This document shows, in pieces, positions 26,258 through 37,689 of a stretch of 64,000 nucleotides of DNA. The number at the start of each line of letters is the position of its first letter. Positions within the stretch are counted from its first letter, which is position 1. The notes under the pieces are model-generated. The model was not told where the DNA came from. It saw only the letters and a program-made list of their open reading frames with translations, and made no database searches. The position numbers and the translations under genes are program-made. Source of the DNA: Octopus bimaculoides (taxonomy: Eukaryota). The stretch covers positions 73,036,335 to 73,100,334 of the forward strand of contig NC_068981.1 in NCBI RefSeq assembly GCF_001194135.2, read 5' to 3'.

Positions 26258-28905
26258 TTTATCTATATGGACTCTGTGACACACCCAACTGTGGATGCCA
26301 ATGAAATGATGCATGGACTGCTTAATATGAGTCCTCTTCACAGTTTCCCTTCAGAAAACACAGGGATATATATATATATATATATCTATGGAGTTCTAAA
26401 CACTGGTAGTTTGCCATGCAACTTAAATTTTATATTCTACTGTGCATACGTCTGTGTGTCGTGAAAGGCCTGGTTGGAGATCCAACCTCCTGAGTTCTTT
26501 TATAGGGCTTAGAAAAACTGAAGGACCTCAGCAATAAGCATATGAATCTGAGAGGGAAATATGTTGGAGAAAATCTTAATTAAGTGATCCTCCTGTATTT
26601 TCTTGTACCTAAAGCCAGGAACTTTTCAGCACCCTCTAGTGTATATGTATGTGTATGTATATGTATATTTGTATGTATATGTGTCTGCATATGTATTTAT
26701 GTATGTATATGGATGTTACATACAATATATTTGATATTTATTTAGGCTCATTGTAAAAACAGACCTGGTGAATAAACCGAAGGAGATTGAGAGCACACAT
26801 GCACACACTTATACACTCTCTTTTCCTCTGCGTGTGTGTATGTATGTGTGTGTGTGTGTGTTTGTGTATTCAATTTTCAACAATTCAAATAGGTATTTAT
26901 ATCTATATGTGCAAGCATGCATACCATGTTGCTGGTTTGCAAGATGCACAGGCATTGTCTTGTTCCTGCATTCTCAAGCTCATACAAACCCCTTTTGTCT
27001 CACACCCTTTCAGTTTGTATTTATGTCTATGTATGCATCCCTTTGAATTGTTTCATAGTTCAATGTTTAGCTTTGATTGCAAGGGAAATGCTGCTAATTT
27101 ATTAGGATTGTGCACTCTTTCTGCTGTTACTGCATTCATTTTTGTTATAGCTTCTGTTTGTGTGCATATAGCATGCACGTGTTTTACAAACAAAATGATT
27201 TTGTTTCATCCTGAAATGAATGTCAGTTTCCATGTTTCTTCTTTTCCATCACTGCTTACATTGTTAGGCAATGAGGAAAATCTTTCTTTTTTTTTTTATT
27301 CATAATAGTAGTTAAGGTGGAGAGCTGGCAGAATTGTCAGCACTCCGGGAAAAATGCTCAGCAGCATTTTGTCGATCCTTATGTTCTGAGTTCAAATTCT
27401 GCTCAGGTTGACTTTGTCTTTTATCTTTTTTGGGGTCTATAGAATAAGTGCCAGTCGAGCACTGGGGTCAATGTGCCAAAATTTGAAACCAATATAAGTA
27501 TTAGTAGTAACAGCATTTCTTCCAGCTTTACATTCTGAGTTGAAATGCAGCTGAGGCCGACTTTGCCTTTCATCCTTTTGGGGTTGATAAATTAAGCACC
27601 AGTTGCGTATTGGTGTCGATCTAATCAGCTGGGCCCCCTTCCCCCAAATTTTGGGCCTTGTGCCTAGAGTAGAAAAGAATAGAATAAGTACCAGTTGAGC
27701 CCTGGAGTTGATGTACTCAACTAGCCCCCTCCCACCAAATTTCAGGCCTTGTGCCCATAGAATTATTAATAACAATTGTATTAACGTTAATCAGTAACAG
27801 ATAATATTTATAAGTTAGGCTCAAGGCAATATGTATATATATATATATATATAGCTACACTCTCGGAGTGGTTGGCGTTAAGAAGGGCATCCACCTGTAG
27901 AAACTCTGCCAAATCAGATTGGAGCCTGGTGTCGCCTCCTGGTCCACCAGTCCTCAGTCAAATCGTCCAACCCATGCTAGCATGGAAAGCGGACGTTAAA
28001 CGATGATGATGATATATATATAAATATCAGCAGGAGTGGATAGTCAGTCGTATCTATCACAGTTCTTGATTGGTAATTTTATGAAATTCTAGAAAGATGA
28101 ATAGCGAAGTTAACCTTGTTGTGATTGGAACTCCTGTAAAGTAAACATAACTAAATACCACAAGGTAGTTAACCTTATTGCTTTACCAATTCTACCTGTC
28201 ATTTCCCACATCATTATCATCATCGTTAGCAGTAGCAGCAGCAATTATATCATCTGTTTTCCATATTGGCATGAGTTGGATGGTTTGACAGGAGCCAATG
28301 AGCAAGAGGACTGCATCAAACTCCAATGCCTGCTTTGACATGGTTCTTACAGCTGGATGCCCTTCCTAGTGCCAACAACTTCACAGAGTGTATACTGGGT
28401 GCTTTTTACTACTGGGTATTAATAATAGTTTTTACTCTATCTTAGCATAATTTGAACTCAATACCTCATGGTACTAAATGAGTTACTATGAATTCCTTTA
28501 CTCCAGTAGCAACAGTAATAATAATAATAATAATAATATCATCATCATCATCATCGTTGTTTAACGTCTGCTTTCCATGCTAGCATGGGTGGGACGATTT
28601 GACTGAGGACTGGTGAAACCAGATGGCTACACCAGGCTCCAATCTGATTTGGCAGAGTTTCTACAGCTTGATGCCCTTCCTAACGCCAACCACTCCGAGA
28701 GTGCAGTGGGTGCNNNNNNNNNNTTGGCAGAGTTTCTACAGCTTGATGCCCTTCCTAACGCCAACCACTCCGAGAGTGCAGTGGGTGCTTTTACGTGCCA
28801 CCGGCATGAAGGCCCGTCAGGCGGTACTGGCAGTGGCCACACTCAAAATGGTGTATTTTATGTGCCACCCGCACAGGAGCCAGTTCGGCGGCACTGGCAA
28901 CAATC

Positions 28906-28941
<36 letters not shown>

Positions 28942-29175
28942 GAATCCTTTCTATTGGAAGCACAGGGCCTCAAATTTGGCGGAAGGGATTAAGTTGATTA
29001 CATCACCCCCAGTGCATAAGTGGTACTAATCTTATCAACCCTGAAAGGATGAAAGGCAAAGTTAACCTCAGTGGAATTTGAACTTAGAACATAACGGCAG
29101 ACGAAATGCTGCTAAGCATTTTGCCTAGCATGCTAACGATTCTGCCAGCTTGCCACCTTAATGATGATGATGATG

Positions 29176-29210
<35 letters not shown>

Positions 29211-29492
29211 CCTTTTTACTATAAGCACAAGGCCTGAAATTTTGGGGAAGGGGATAGTCACTTACATTGTCCCCAGTACTCAACTGGTACTTATTTTATC
29301 GACCCCAAAAGGATGAAAGGCAAAGTCAACCCCGGCAGCATTTGAACTCAGAATGTGCCTATGGACGAAATACCGCTAAGCATTTCACCTGGCATGCTTA
29401 TGATTCTGTCAGCTTACTACCTTAATAAGAATTATAATGTTAATAAAACACTGTAGCCGCCCAATAAATTACACAACCAACTCAATGCTTAC

Positions 29493-29508
29493 CCTGCACA
29501 ATTGGTAT
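29493..29508 (-). CDS. 16-nt micro-exon ATACCAATTGTGCAGG: (D)TNCA(G), phase 1-2
   Basis: Acceptor ccttgtgtgttttactgtcAG; donor GG/GTAAGC. Confidence 0.6.
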
Positions 29509-29637
29509 CTGACAGTAAAACACACAAGGCAACCGGCATAGCACAGATTCTACATAATAATTACTTAACACAGCATATTCTACACAATCACATCCTAACA
29601 CACAACAAAACTGACATAGCATTTTCTATGAACTCAC

Positions 29638-29646
29638 CACCTAACA
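29638..29646 (-). CDS. 9-nt micro-exon variant C, TGTTAGGTG: (V/L)LG
   Basis: Acceptor gtgcatgtgttttacAG; consensus donor GTGAGT. Confidence 0.62.
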
Positions 29647-29697
29647 CTGTAAAACACATGCACAACATAACCATCACAATACATTCTACTTGCTCAC

Positions 29698-29706
29698 TAC
29701 ATAAGA
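29698..29706 (-). CDS. 9-nt micro-exon variant B, TCTTATGTA: (V/L)LC
   Basis: Acceptor gtgtgtgctacAG; donor GTGAGC. Confidence 0.55.
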
Positions 29707-29747
29707 CTGTAGCACACACACACACAACACAACTGCTACACAATAAC

Positions 29748-29756
29748 CACTCAGCA
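29748..29756 (-). CDS. 9-nt micro-exon variant A, TGCTGAGTG: (V/L)LS
   Basis: Acceptor gttgtgtgttacAG; weak donor GTtatt; similar to the other two 9-nt units. Confidence 0.4.
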
Positions 29757-29835
29757 CTGTAACACACAACACAAGCAATACAACATACAACATGTACACT
29801 AAACAATCAGCTTCCAACAGAATATCACAACTCAC

Positions 29836-29847
29836 GTCGCACATACT
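29836..29847 (-). CDS. 12-nt micro-exon AGTATGTGCGAC: (E)YVR
   Basis: Acceptor atttgttgtatAG; consensus donor GTGAGT. Confidence 0.6.
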
Positions 29848-29975
29848 CTATACAACAAATAGATGAAACATTAACGTAACAACAGGACACAATGCAACAA
29901 ATTCTACTACAAATTAAAACAGATGCAGCATAGAAACACAATTTCTTTTCTTTTAAAAGAAAATGCTGCATACAC

Positions 29976-30011
29976 CTAAGGAATGTATAGGTGCACCAGG
30001 TGGTGCAGTTG
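29976..30011 (-). CDS. 36-nt exon of unidentified minus-strand gene, phase 1-1: (A)TAPPGAPIHSL
   Basis: About 80 nt with no AG, then ctgat...gtcAG; donor AG/GTgtat; strong A/T third-position bias (ACT GCA CCA CCT GGT GCA CCT). Confidence 0.55.
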   Translation of the reverse strand, partial: QLHHLVHLYIP

Positions 30012-31205
30012 CTGACATGAATCAGTTGGAAACATGATGATAATAATGATAATAATGATAATAACAATAATAATAATAATTATATCAATTCTTTCTACTA
30101 TAGTCAAAGGGCCTGAAATTTTGGGGCGAGTTGATTTGATCGTCCCCAGTGCTCAACTTAATTTATCAACTCCTAATAAGATGGCAAACAAAGTCAACCT
30201 CAGTGGAATTTGAGCTCAGAACATAAATCAGAAGTGCCTTTAAGCATTCTCTCTAGTATGCTAATGGTTCTGCCAGCTCACTGCAGTAATAATAATAATA
30301 ATAATAATAATAATCCTTTCTACTAAAGGCACAAGGCCTGAAATTTTTGGGGAGGGGACTAATTGATTGTATCAACCCCAATGTTTCACTGGTACCTAAT
30401 TTATTGACCTCAAAAGGATGAAAGGCAAAGTTGACCTCTGCGGAATTTGAGCTCAGAACATAACCCAGAAGAAATGTCATTAAGCATTCTTTCCACTATG
30501 CTTATGGTTCTGCTAGTTCACTGCAATAATAATGATGATGATGATGATAATAATAATAATGATAATGATTTTATTTATTTGCCTCCAGGGAAAAATAATA
30601 ACAATAGTTTCTGACATGGGCACAAGGCCAGAAATTTGCGAGTGAGGTTCAACAGTTACATTAATCTCAGCACTTGGTTGCTTTGGTACACTGTTTATCA
30701 ACTCTGACAAGGATTGAAGACAAAGCTGACCTCACTAAGATCTGAAATGAGAATTAAAAAACCAGACCAGACACTAATAATCCTGCCAATCTAAGGCCAG
30801 CAGTTTTGAAAGGAAGGGAGAAGTTGATACCAACGACCCCAGTATTTGATTGATACTTTATTTTATTGACCTCAGAGGAATGAAAAGAGAAGTCGACCCT
30901 GGTGAGATCTGAATGCAGATTGTAAAGGGTCAGAGGAAATACCACCGACATTTCTTAATTCACTACCCTATTAGCAGTAACAACTGTTTTCAAATTTTGA
31001 CACAAGGCCAGTAATTTTAGGGGGTGAAAGTCGATGACACAAACCCCAGTACTTGACTGCCATGTTACTTTACTGTGCATAAAAGGAAGAAAGGCAAAGT
31101 TAACTCAAGCAGGAATTGAATTCAGAATGTAAAGAGTCAAAATAAACACTGCTAAGCATTTTTGTTCCTGATGCTCCAGCCATTCTGCCGGTGTACTTGC
31201 CTTAC

Positions 31206-31251
<46 letters not shown>

Positions 31252-32454
31252 CTTATTCAGGGACCTTTTGAGTGGGATGGGCTACTCGACCTGAAGAAAT
31301 TTCTAACTGGGCCCCACCTGCGAGGTCATGTGCTGTTTATCTTGATATGAGATCACCATGTCGCACACATATTGTTGTAATGCATGTGCCTAGTGTACCC
31401 TTATCAGACGGGTAGTCATGATGGGTATAATGGGTTTCGTATATTTTACCCTAGTGTCACTTTGATGGCATGCACTGCTCTCTCACTCAATAATAATAAT
31501 TATAACAACAATAGCAATAACAATGATGATTTAGGTACAAGGGAAGGCTTTAGTTGATACCATCAACCCTCAGTACTTAACTGGTACTTTATTTTATCAA
31601 CCCTAGAAGGATGACAGGCAAAATCAACCTCAACCTGATTTGAACTCAGAATGCCAAGATCTGGAACAAATGCCATTAAGCATTTTCTCTGACACTCTAA
31701 AGATTCTGTCAGCATACTACAACTACAATAATGATAATAATAATAATAATAATGATGATGATGATTTATTTAAAAACAAATAATAATGATAATTATATAA
31801 TAAACGCTTTCTTTTGACTTAATAACAAGGACGATTTTGTAAATGAAGAGGTATAGTTCATTGAATTTATTCCAAATGTATTATAGACTGGTTCCTAATC
31901 TTATTTGCCCTAGAGGTATGATAGACAAAGCTGGCTTTGGTAATATTTGAACACAGAATGTAGAGGGATAAAACTAAAGTGCTACAAAGCATTTAATCAT
32001 GTTGACTACTGTCTTAACCATTTCTAGTGCTTAATAATAAGACTTTCTGACATTGACATGAGGCCTCAGGTTTGTTCAGGTGAGACATGTACTTCATTGC
32101 AGTGACTCTCCCTAGTGTATTACTGGAACTTATTTTATCGACCCCTGAAGGACAAAAGGCAAAAACTGACTCCCTTGGAAAACGATTTTTGTTTTTTTTA
32201 AATGTGATTGAAATCTGTAAGGTGTTTAACTCTGCGACTGCATACTGCCCCTACCTGTATAATAATAATAATAATGACAACAACTATGATAATAATAATG
32301 ACGAAAATATTAATAAAAATAAAAACAGTAATAATCATTGGGTAAACGACTATTAAGAACAATAGTTGGAAAAGATGATAATTAAAATCTAACTCACGTT
32401 TTCAATAATTTCCAATGTCTTTGATATCAATTATCAATTCTGCATCACACTCAC

Positions 32455-33020
32455 CAACTCTTCTGTTTTATCTTTCTTATTTACCTGTTTACCTGAATGC
32501 AGCACCACTCTCTCCAACTTCTTAAGTTTCCCCGTTAGGACTTAGTTTTGGTTTTGTTTTGTTTCTCTTCCTACTGCTGTATAGGAATAATTCACCCCAG
32601 TATCTCTAGTCATGCACCTTTATATCACTTCCTTCCAGTCAAGAATGGTTTATGAAGTCACTGTTTCTCAACAAGCAAATGTTTCTAAATCTCTTCAGAG
32701 TGATGTTGGTGCTGGATGCTGTTTTGCAGTCTTTTGTTTTGGAAAGCAGTAATTCCCACTTGTTCGCTCAGAATCCTCCTGTTTATAGCATTCACACGGA
32801 GTTGGATGGGGTGGAAATGGTGGTGACAGTGGAGTTGGAGATTAAAAAAATAAAAGATAAACAGAAACTACAAGATTAAAATGCATTCCTTTTTTTTTTG
32901 CTTTACAAATATAATTATATTTAATTTTTTGCTTTAGTTTGCATGTGTGTGTTATTTTTGTGTGATTGTTGTTAACGATGTTGTTGTCACTTCCCTACGT
33001 GTTGGAGACAGCGACACTGC
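32455..33020 (-). other. Candidate first exon of the minus-strand gene
   Basis: Unique sequence downstream of a (CT)n/CpG-rich block, ending at three donor-like sites (exon ends 32493, 32485, 32455; the last is GTGAGT). Confidence 0.35.
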
Positions 33021-33093
33021 AAGCTCTATTGCGCGTGCTTGTATCTTCTATTTATGCAAGTGTTAGAATTAAAAAGGTAGGTAAAAGCAAGCG

Positions 33094-33138
<45 letters not shown>

Positions 33139-33520
33139 CTAGACTATAGACAGACAGACAGATAGATAGTGAGAGAGAAAAGAGGAAGTGCAAGATGAGC
33201 AAACACGGAAAATGAGAGAGTGGGGAAGGAAGAGAAGAAGGAATCTGCTTGTTTGATCGAGTGAGTGCACATTGATTGGAGATGTGTGATTTTCCCTCTT
33301 GTCTACTGCTACTACTGATATTACTGAAATTTGTTTTCAGCTATAAAGGTACGGGGCGGCGAGGAGCTTATCCCTCATCCTCTCATCTTATCTCACGTCT
33401 CCACTCCCCTTCCATTCCCTCGCTGTTACACCGACCACACCAGCGTCGCACGGTGATGCTTGTTATCTTTGCACGAGAACACACCTCTTGCCTTCCATCC
33501 TTCCCAATCCTCATCACACA
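32950..33520. promoter_or_regulatory. Candidate promoter (CpG-retaining, with GA/CT tract)
   Basis: Many CpGs compared with the CpG-poor flanks; (AG)n at about 33095-33140; TATA-like CATAAATA (33056-33049) and Inr-like GCAGT (~33018) on the minus strand. Confidence 0.35.
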
Positions 33521-34870
33521 CGCCCCTCCTCTCAAACAAACACTCCATATCTCTGCTCCGCTCTGCTCTGCTCCGCTCTGCTCTGCTCTCTTCTGCCTTC
33601 ACACACTTCCCCTGCACTCTGTCTTTTAAGAATAAAACAATAAATAAATAAGATAAACCCCTGCAACAAATTAGGTGTGGTAGGTTGAGGGAAGGATCAT
33701 TCACGTATTCCCCAGCCGCTTCCATCCACCAGTCTTGCTGTCTCTTTTGTCTTTTACTTCATTTACAGATTCTGAGCAATGAAATAACATTTTTTTCAAG
33801 AAAAGTCGAGTGATGTTGATGTCAATAATAATAATAACAATAATAATAATAATAAATAATAATAGTAATTTCTTTTATTTACAACTAGGACGATGATTGA
33901 GTAGGGCTATTATTATTATTATTATTATTATTATTAGAGATGGTAGAATGGTTACCATGCTGGACAAAATGCTAAGTGGCATTTCTTTTCGGCTTTGCAT
34001 TCTTAGTTCAAATACTCTGAGGTCTACATTGCCTTTCATCCTTTTAAGGTCGATAAAATAAGTACCAGTTAATCACTAGAGTTATTATTATTACTACTAC
34101 TTCCACCCCCACAAAAATTTTAGGCCATGTGCCTATAGTAGAAAATTTATTATTATTATTATTATTATTATTATCAATAATATTAGGGCAGTGAGCTGGC
34201 AGAATTGTTAGCATGCCAGGCGAAATGCTTAGCAGTATTTTGTCTGCCACTACGTTCTGAGTTCAAATTCTGCCAAGGTCGCCTTTGCCTTTCATCCTTA
34301 CAGGGTTAATTAAATAAGTACCACTGGAGTTGATGTCATCCACTTAATCCCATCCCCCAAGCTGCCCTTGTGGCAAAAACTTGAAATAAGGTGGTGAGCT
34401 GGCAGAATCGTTAGCATGCTGGGCAAAATGCTTAGCAGCATTTCGTCCATCTTTATGTTCAGTGTTCAAATTCCACTGAGGTTGGCTTTGCCTTTCATCC
34501 TTTTCAGGTTGATAAATTAGATATCAGTGAAATACAGGGGTCGATATAATTNNNNNNNNNNNNNNNNNNNNNNNNNNNNNNNNNNNNNNNNNNNNNNNNN
34601 NNNNNNNNNNNNNNNNNNNNNNNNNNNNNNNNNNNNNNNNNNNNNNNNNNNNNNNNNNNNNNNNNNNNNNNNNNNNNNNNNNNNNNNNNNNNNNNNNNNN
34701 NNNNNNNNNNNNNNNNNNNNNNNNNNNNNNNNNNNNNNNNNNNNNNNNNNNNNNNNNNNNNNNNNNNNNNNNNNNNNNNNNNNNNNNNNNNNNNNNNNNN
34801 NNNNNNNNNNNNNNNNNNNNNNNNNNNNNNNNNNNNNNNNNNNNNNNNNNNNNNNNNNNNNNNNNNNNNN

Positions 34871-35071
34871 GGGTATGTGCTGTGGTTTGCTGTGGTGCTC
34901 TTATGTTTACTGTATTGAAAGTGTTTTGCGTAGAATGTGTGCAGTACCCAGTAGTGCAATTTTCTGTATGTTATATATATTTGTAAGTCCTGGTGTTTTT
35001 GTTATGTATTTGTCTGAATATTTTTTTATTATACCTAAGGCACCTACTATGATAGGAATTGTTTCTGTTTT
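34871..35071 (-). mobile_element. 5'-truncated R4/Dong-like non-LTR element in a (TAA)n tract
   Basis: Open frame 35071-34907 reads KTETIPIIVGALGIIKKYSDKYITKTPGLTNIYNIQKIALLGTAHILRKTLSIQ*, a typical RLE C-terminus; abuts (TAA)n at 35072-35140; the 3' end falls in the N gap. Confidence 0.75.
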
Positions 35072-35072
35072 A

Positions 35073-35139
<67 letters not shown>

Positions 35140-35702
35140 GTTGGTGTTGTTGTTGTTAAGGTGGCAAGCTTGTTGAACCATTAGCACACTGGACAAAATG
35201 CTTGGCAGCATTTCCTCTGGCATTGTGTTCTGGGTTCAAATTCCGCTAAGGTCAACTTCACCTTTTCATTTCCTTCAGAGTTGATAAAATAAGTATCAGT
35301 TGATGTAATCAAATAGCTGGCTCTCTCAAAATTTCAAGCTTTGTGTCTGTAGTAGAATGAATTATTTTTACTATTACTTGTAATAATTTATTACATAGAT
35401 ATAGTCGATTGGCTTGGCACCAGCACCATTACATGAATATTTTTTTTCTTGATTAACCTGCGAAAAAGAAAATAAACTTGAGTCTGGCAAGATTTCATCA
35501 TGATGGTAATGATGATATTTTTAGTTTCCATAAAAGGTTCAAAGTTGTAGTAATTCAAGGCATTACAGTAAATTGTGATACACTATAAAGCAATACTAGA
35601 AATAAGTGTCAAAAAATTACAAACAAAAATAATTCTTTATTGTAAATAGGGCAAAACACTATTTTCTTGTGTGTGTGTGTGTGTGTGTGTGCGTGCATGT
35701 GT

Positions 35703-35734
<32 letters not shown>

Positions 35735-36959
35735 ATATATACATTTACTCTTTTACTTGTTTCAGTCATTTGACTGCGGCCATGCTGGGGCACCGCCTTT
35801 AGTCGAGCAAATCGACCCCAGGACTTATTCTTTGTAAGCCTAGTACTTGTTCTATCGGTCTCTTTTTGCCGAACCACTAAGTTACGGGGATTTAAACACA
35901 CCACCATCGGTTGTCAAGCGAAGTTGTGTGTGTGTGGGGGGGGGCAAACACACAGACACACAAACATATACACACACATACATTATATATANNNNNNNNN
36001 NNNNNNNNNNNNNNNNNNNNNNNNNNNNNNNNNNNNNNNNNNNNNNNNNNNNNNNNNNNNNNNNNNNNNNNNNNNNNNNNNNNNNNNNNNNNNNNNNNNN
36101 NNNNNNNNNNNNNNNNNNNNNNNNNNNNNNNNNNNNNNNNNNNNNNNNNNNNNNNNNNNNNNNNNNNNNNNNNNNNNNNNNNNNNNNNNNNNNNNNNNNN
36201 NNNNNNNNNNNNNNNNNNNNNNNNNNNNNNNNNNNNNNNNNNNNNNNNNNNNNNNNNNNNNNNNNNNNNNNNNNNNNNNNNNNNNNNNNNNNNNNNNNNN
36301 NNNNNNNNNNNNNNNGTCTACCAAATCCACTCACAAGGCTTTGGTCGGCCCGAAGCTATAGTAGAAGACACTTGCCTAAGGTGCCACGCAGTGAGACTGA
36401 ACCCAGAACCATGTGGCTGGTAAGCAAGCTACTTACCACACAGCCACTCCTGCGCCTATATAGTAGAATAAGAAATAGAAAGCCCTTGGTACAGTATTAT
36501 ATATTTGAAAAAATGAATAGAAATGACTTTTCTGATAATTTTTCTACTTTATAAACATCTAATTATTAAAGTGGAAAATTTAGCAAAAAAAAAAAACATT
36601 TCTATTCGTTTTTTTCTAATATACATATCTAAATATACAAAAAAACAAGATAGAGACAGGTGAGTGAACAACATATGAGGTTGGTGTATTAGTTTGACAC
36701 TCAGGAAAAATGGAAGGTCTTTGACATTTTAAGCCTATAGAAAGGGATGAGGTGGGAAAACAGATGGAGAGAGGGAAAAATAAACAAAAAACTCTGTGTG
36801 TGTACATACATATACACACATGCACGTATCTGCATGCATGTGCATGTAATATATGGTTATATGCACAATGTGTGTGTCTGTCTATGTATCATATATATAT
36901 TTACAGAGAGAGAGAGAGTAGAAGAAGAGTAAGTGACATACTGTCTAGTTTTGTATGAT

Positions 36960-37480
36960 GGTCTTTAAGAAAATTAAATTGTAAATGAATGGTTTGTGAG
37001 ATCTTTGCAAGCCATGTGCAGAGATGCCAGAAGCTATGTGAGAGTTGGTGGGATTCAATATACAGGTAGGTGTTCATCAAGGTTCAGTTCTTGGCCTCCT
37101 CCTGTCCAGTGTAGTAATACAAGCTAAAGCATAGGAGTACAAGACTGGCTTACTATAAGTATTACAATGCTCTTGTAATACTTATAGTGAAATCTGGAAG
37201 ATTTAGAGAAAAATTTCTGACATGGAAATAAACCTATGAATTGAGAGGTCTAAGCGTGAACATGGTGAAAACCAAAGTTTTACTGAGTTGGAGAAAAGAC
37301 AGGATTTCTGTTTTTGCCAGGCAAATGACTGAGCTCACTATACAGAAATGGAGTTTGTGTGTATTCCATGTGGTTATTCAAATGTGAACTATGGATACAC
37401 ATGACATGTACTGGGATTATGGGTTGGTTGACAGTAAAAAGACTTTGTATGTGGTAGATGTACAGCAGTAGTTTGTAGTC
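36960..37480 (+). mobile_element. Decayed LINE reverse-transcriptase fragment
   Basis: GVHQGSVLGLLL motif (RT GVxQGSVLSPLLF) followed by degenerate RT sequence. Confidence 0.6.
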
Positions 37481-37689
37481 AGAGCATTAGTAAAATAAAT
37501 TATTTCCAGTGCTCAGAAGGCTCTGTACAAGTACTTGAAAGCTTTTGTTACTGAAGTAACATAATTAATTGAGTGAAGGTTGTACTGAAAGCATAGCAGC
37601 CAGACTAAGAACTGGGTGGGAAAAGAGAAGGGAAATTATTACCTTTGGCAGATCATAATGTGACTTTTCTTTTTGAATGAAAAGTAGAT

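Larger units (their letters stand above)
27314..31990. mobile_element. Dense cluster of family-G SINEs (gagctggcagaatcgttagc...gcctttcatcctt.ggggt.gataaa) interleaved with (TAA)n; more at 33935-35350 and 39622-39800
   Basis: About ten degenerate copies in both orientations, surrounding the unique 29430-30060 island. Confidence 0.7.

Noticed and set aside
26787-27305. 172-aa + strand ORF
   Set aside because: It starts in a (GT)n tract, is rich in Cys/Phe/Leu as expected for T-rich non-coding DNA, and has no motif.
28613-29029. ORFs such as MKPDGYTRLQSDLAEFLQLDALPNANHSES (also 19639-20096)
   Set aside because: These are antisense readings of the RTE 3'UTR repeat that recur in every copy.
35398-36746. 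Strong minus-strand acceptors at about 35459 and 36747
   Set aside because: No convincing donor or recognisable peptide follows, so they cannot be supported as exons.
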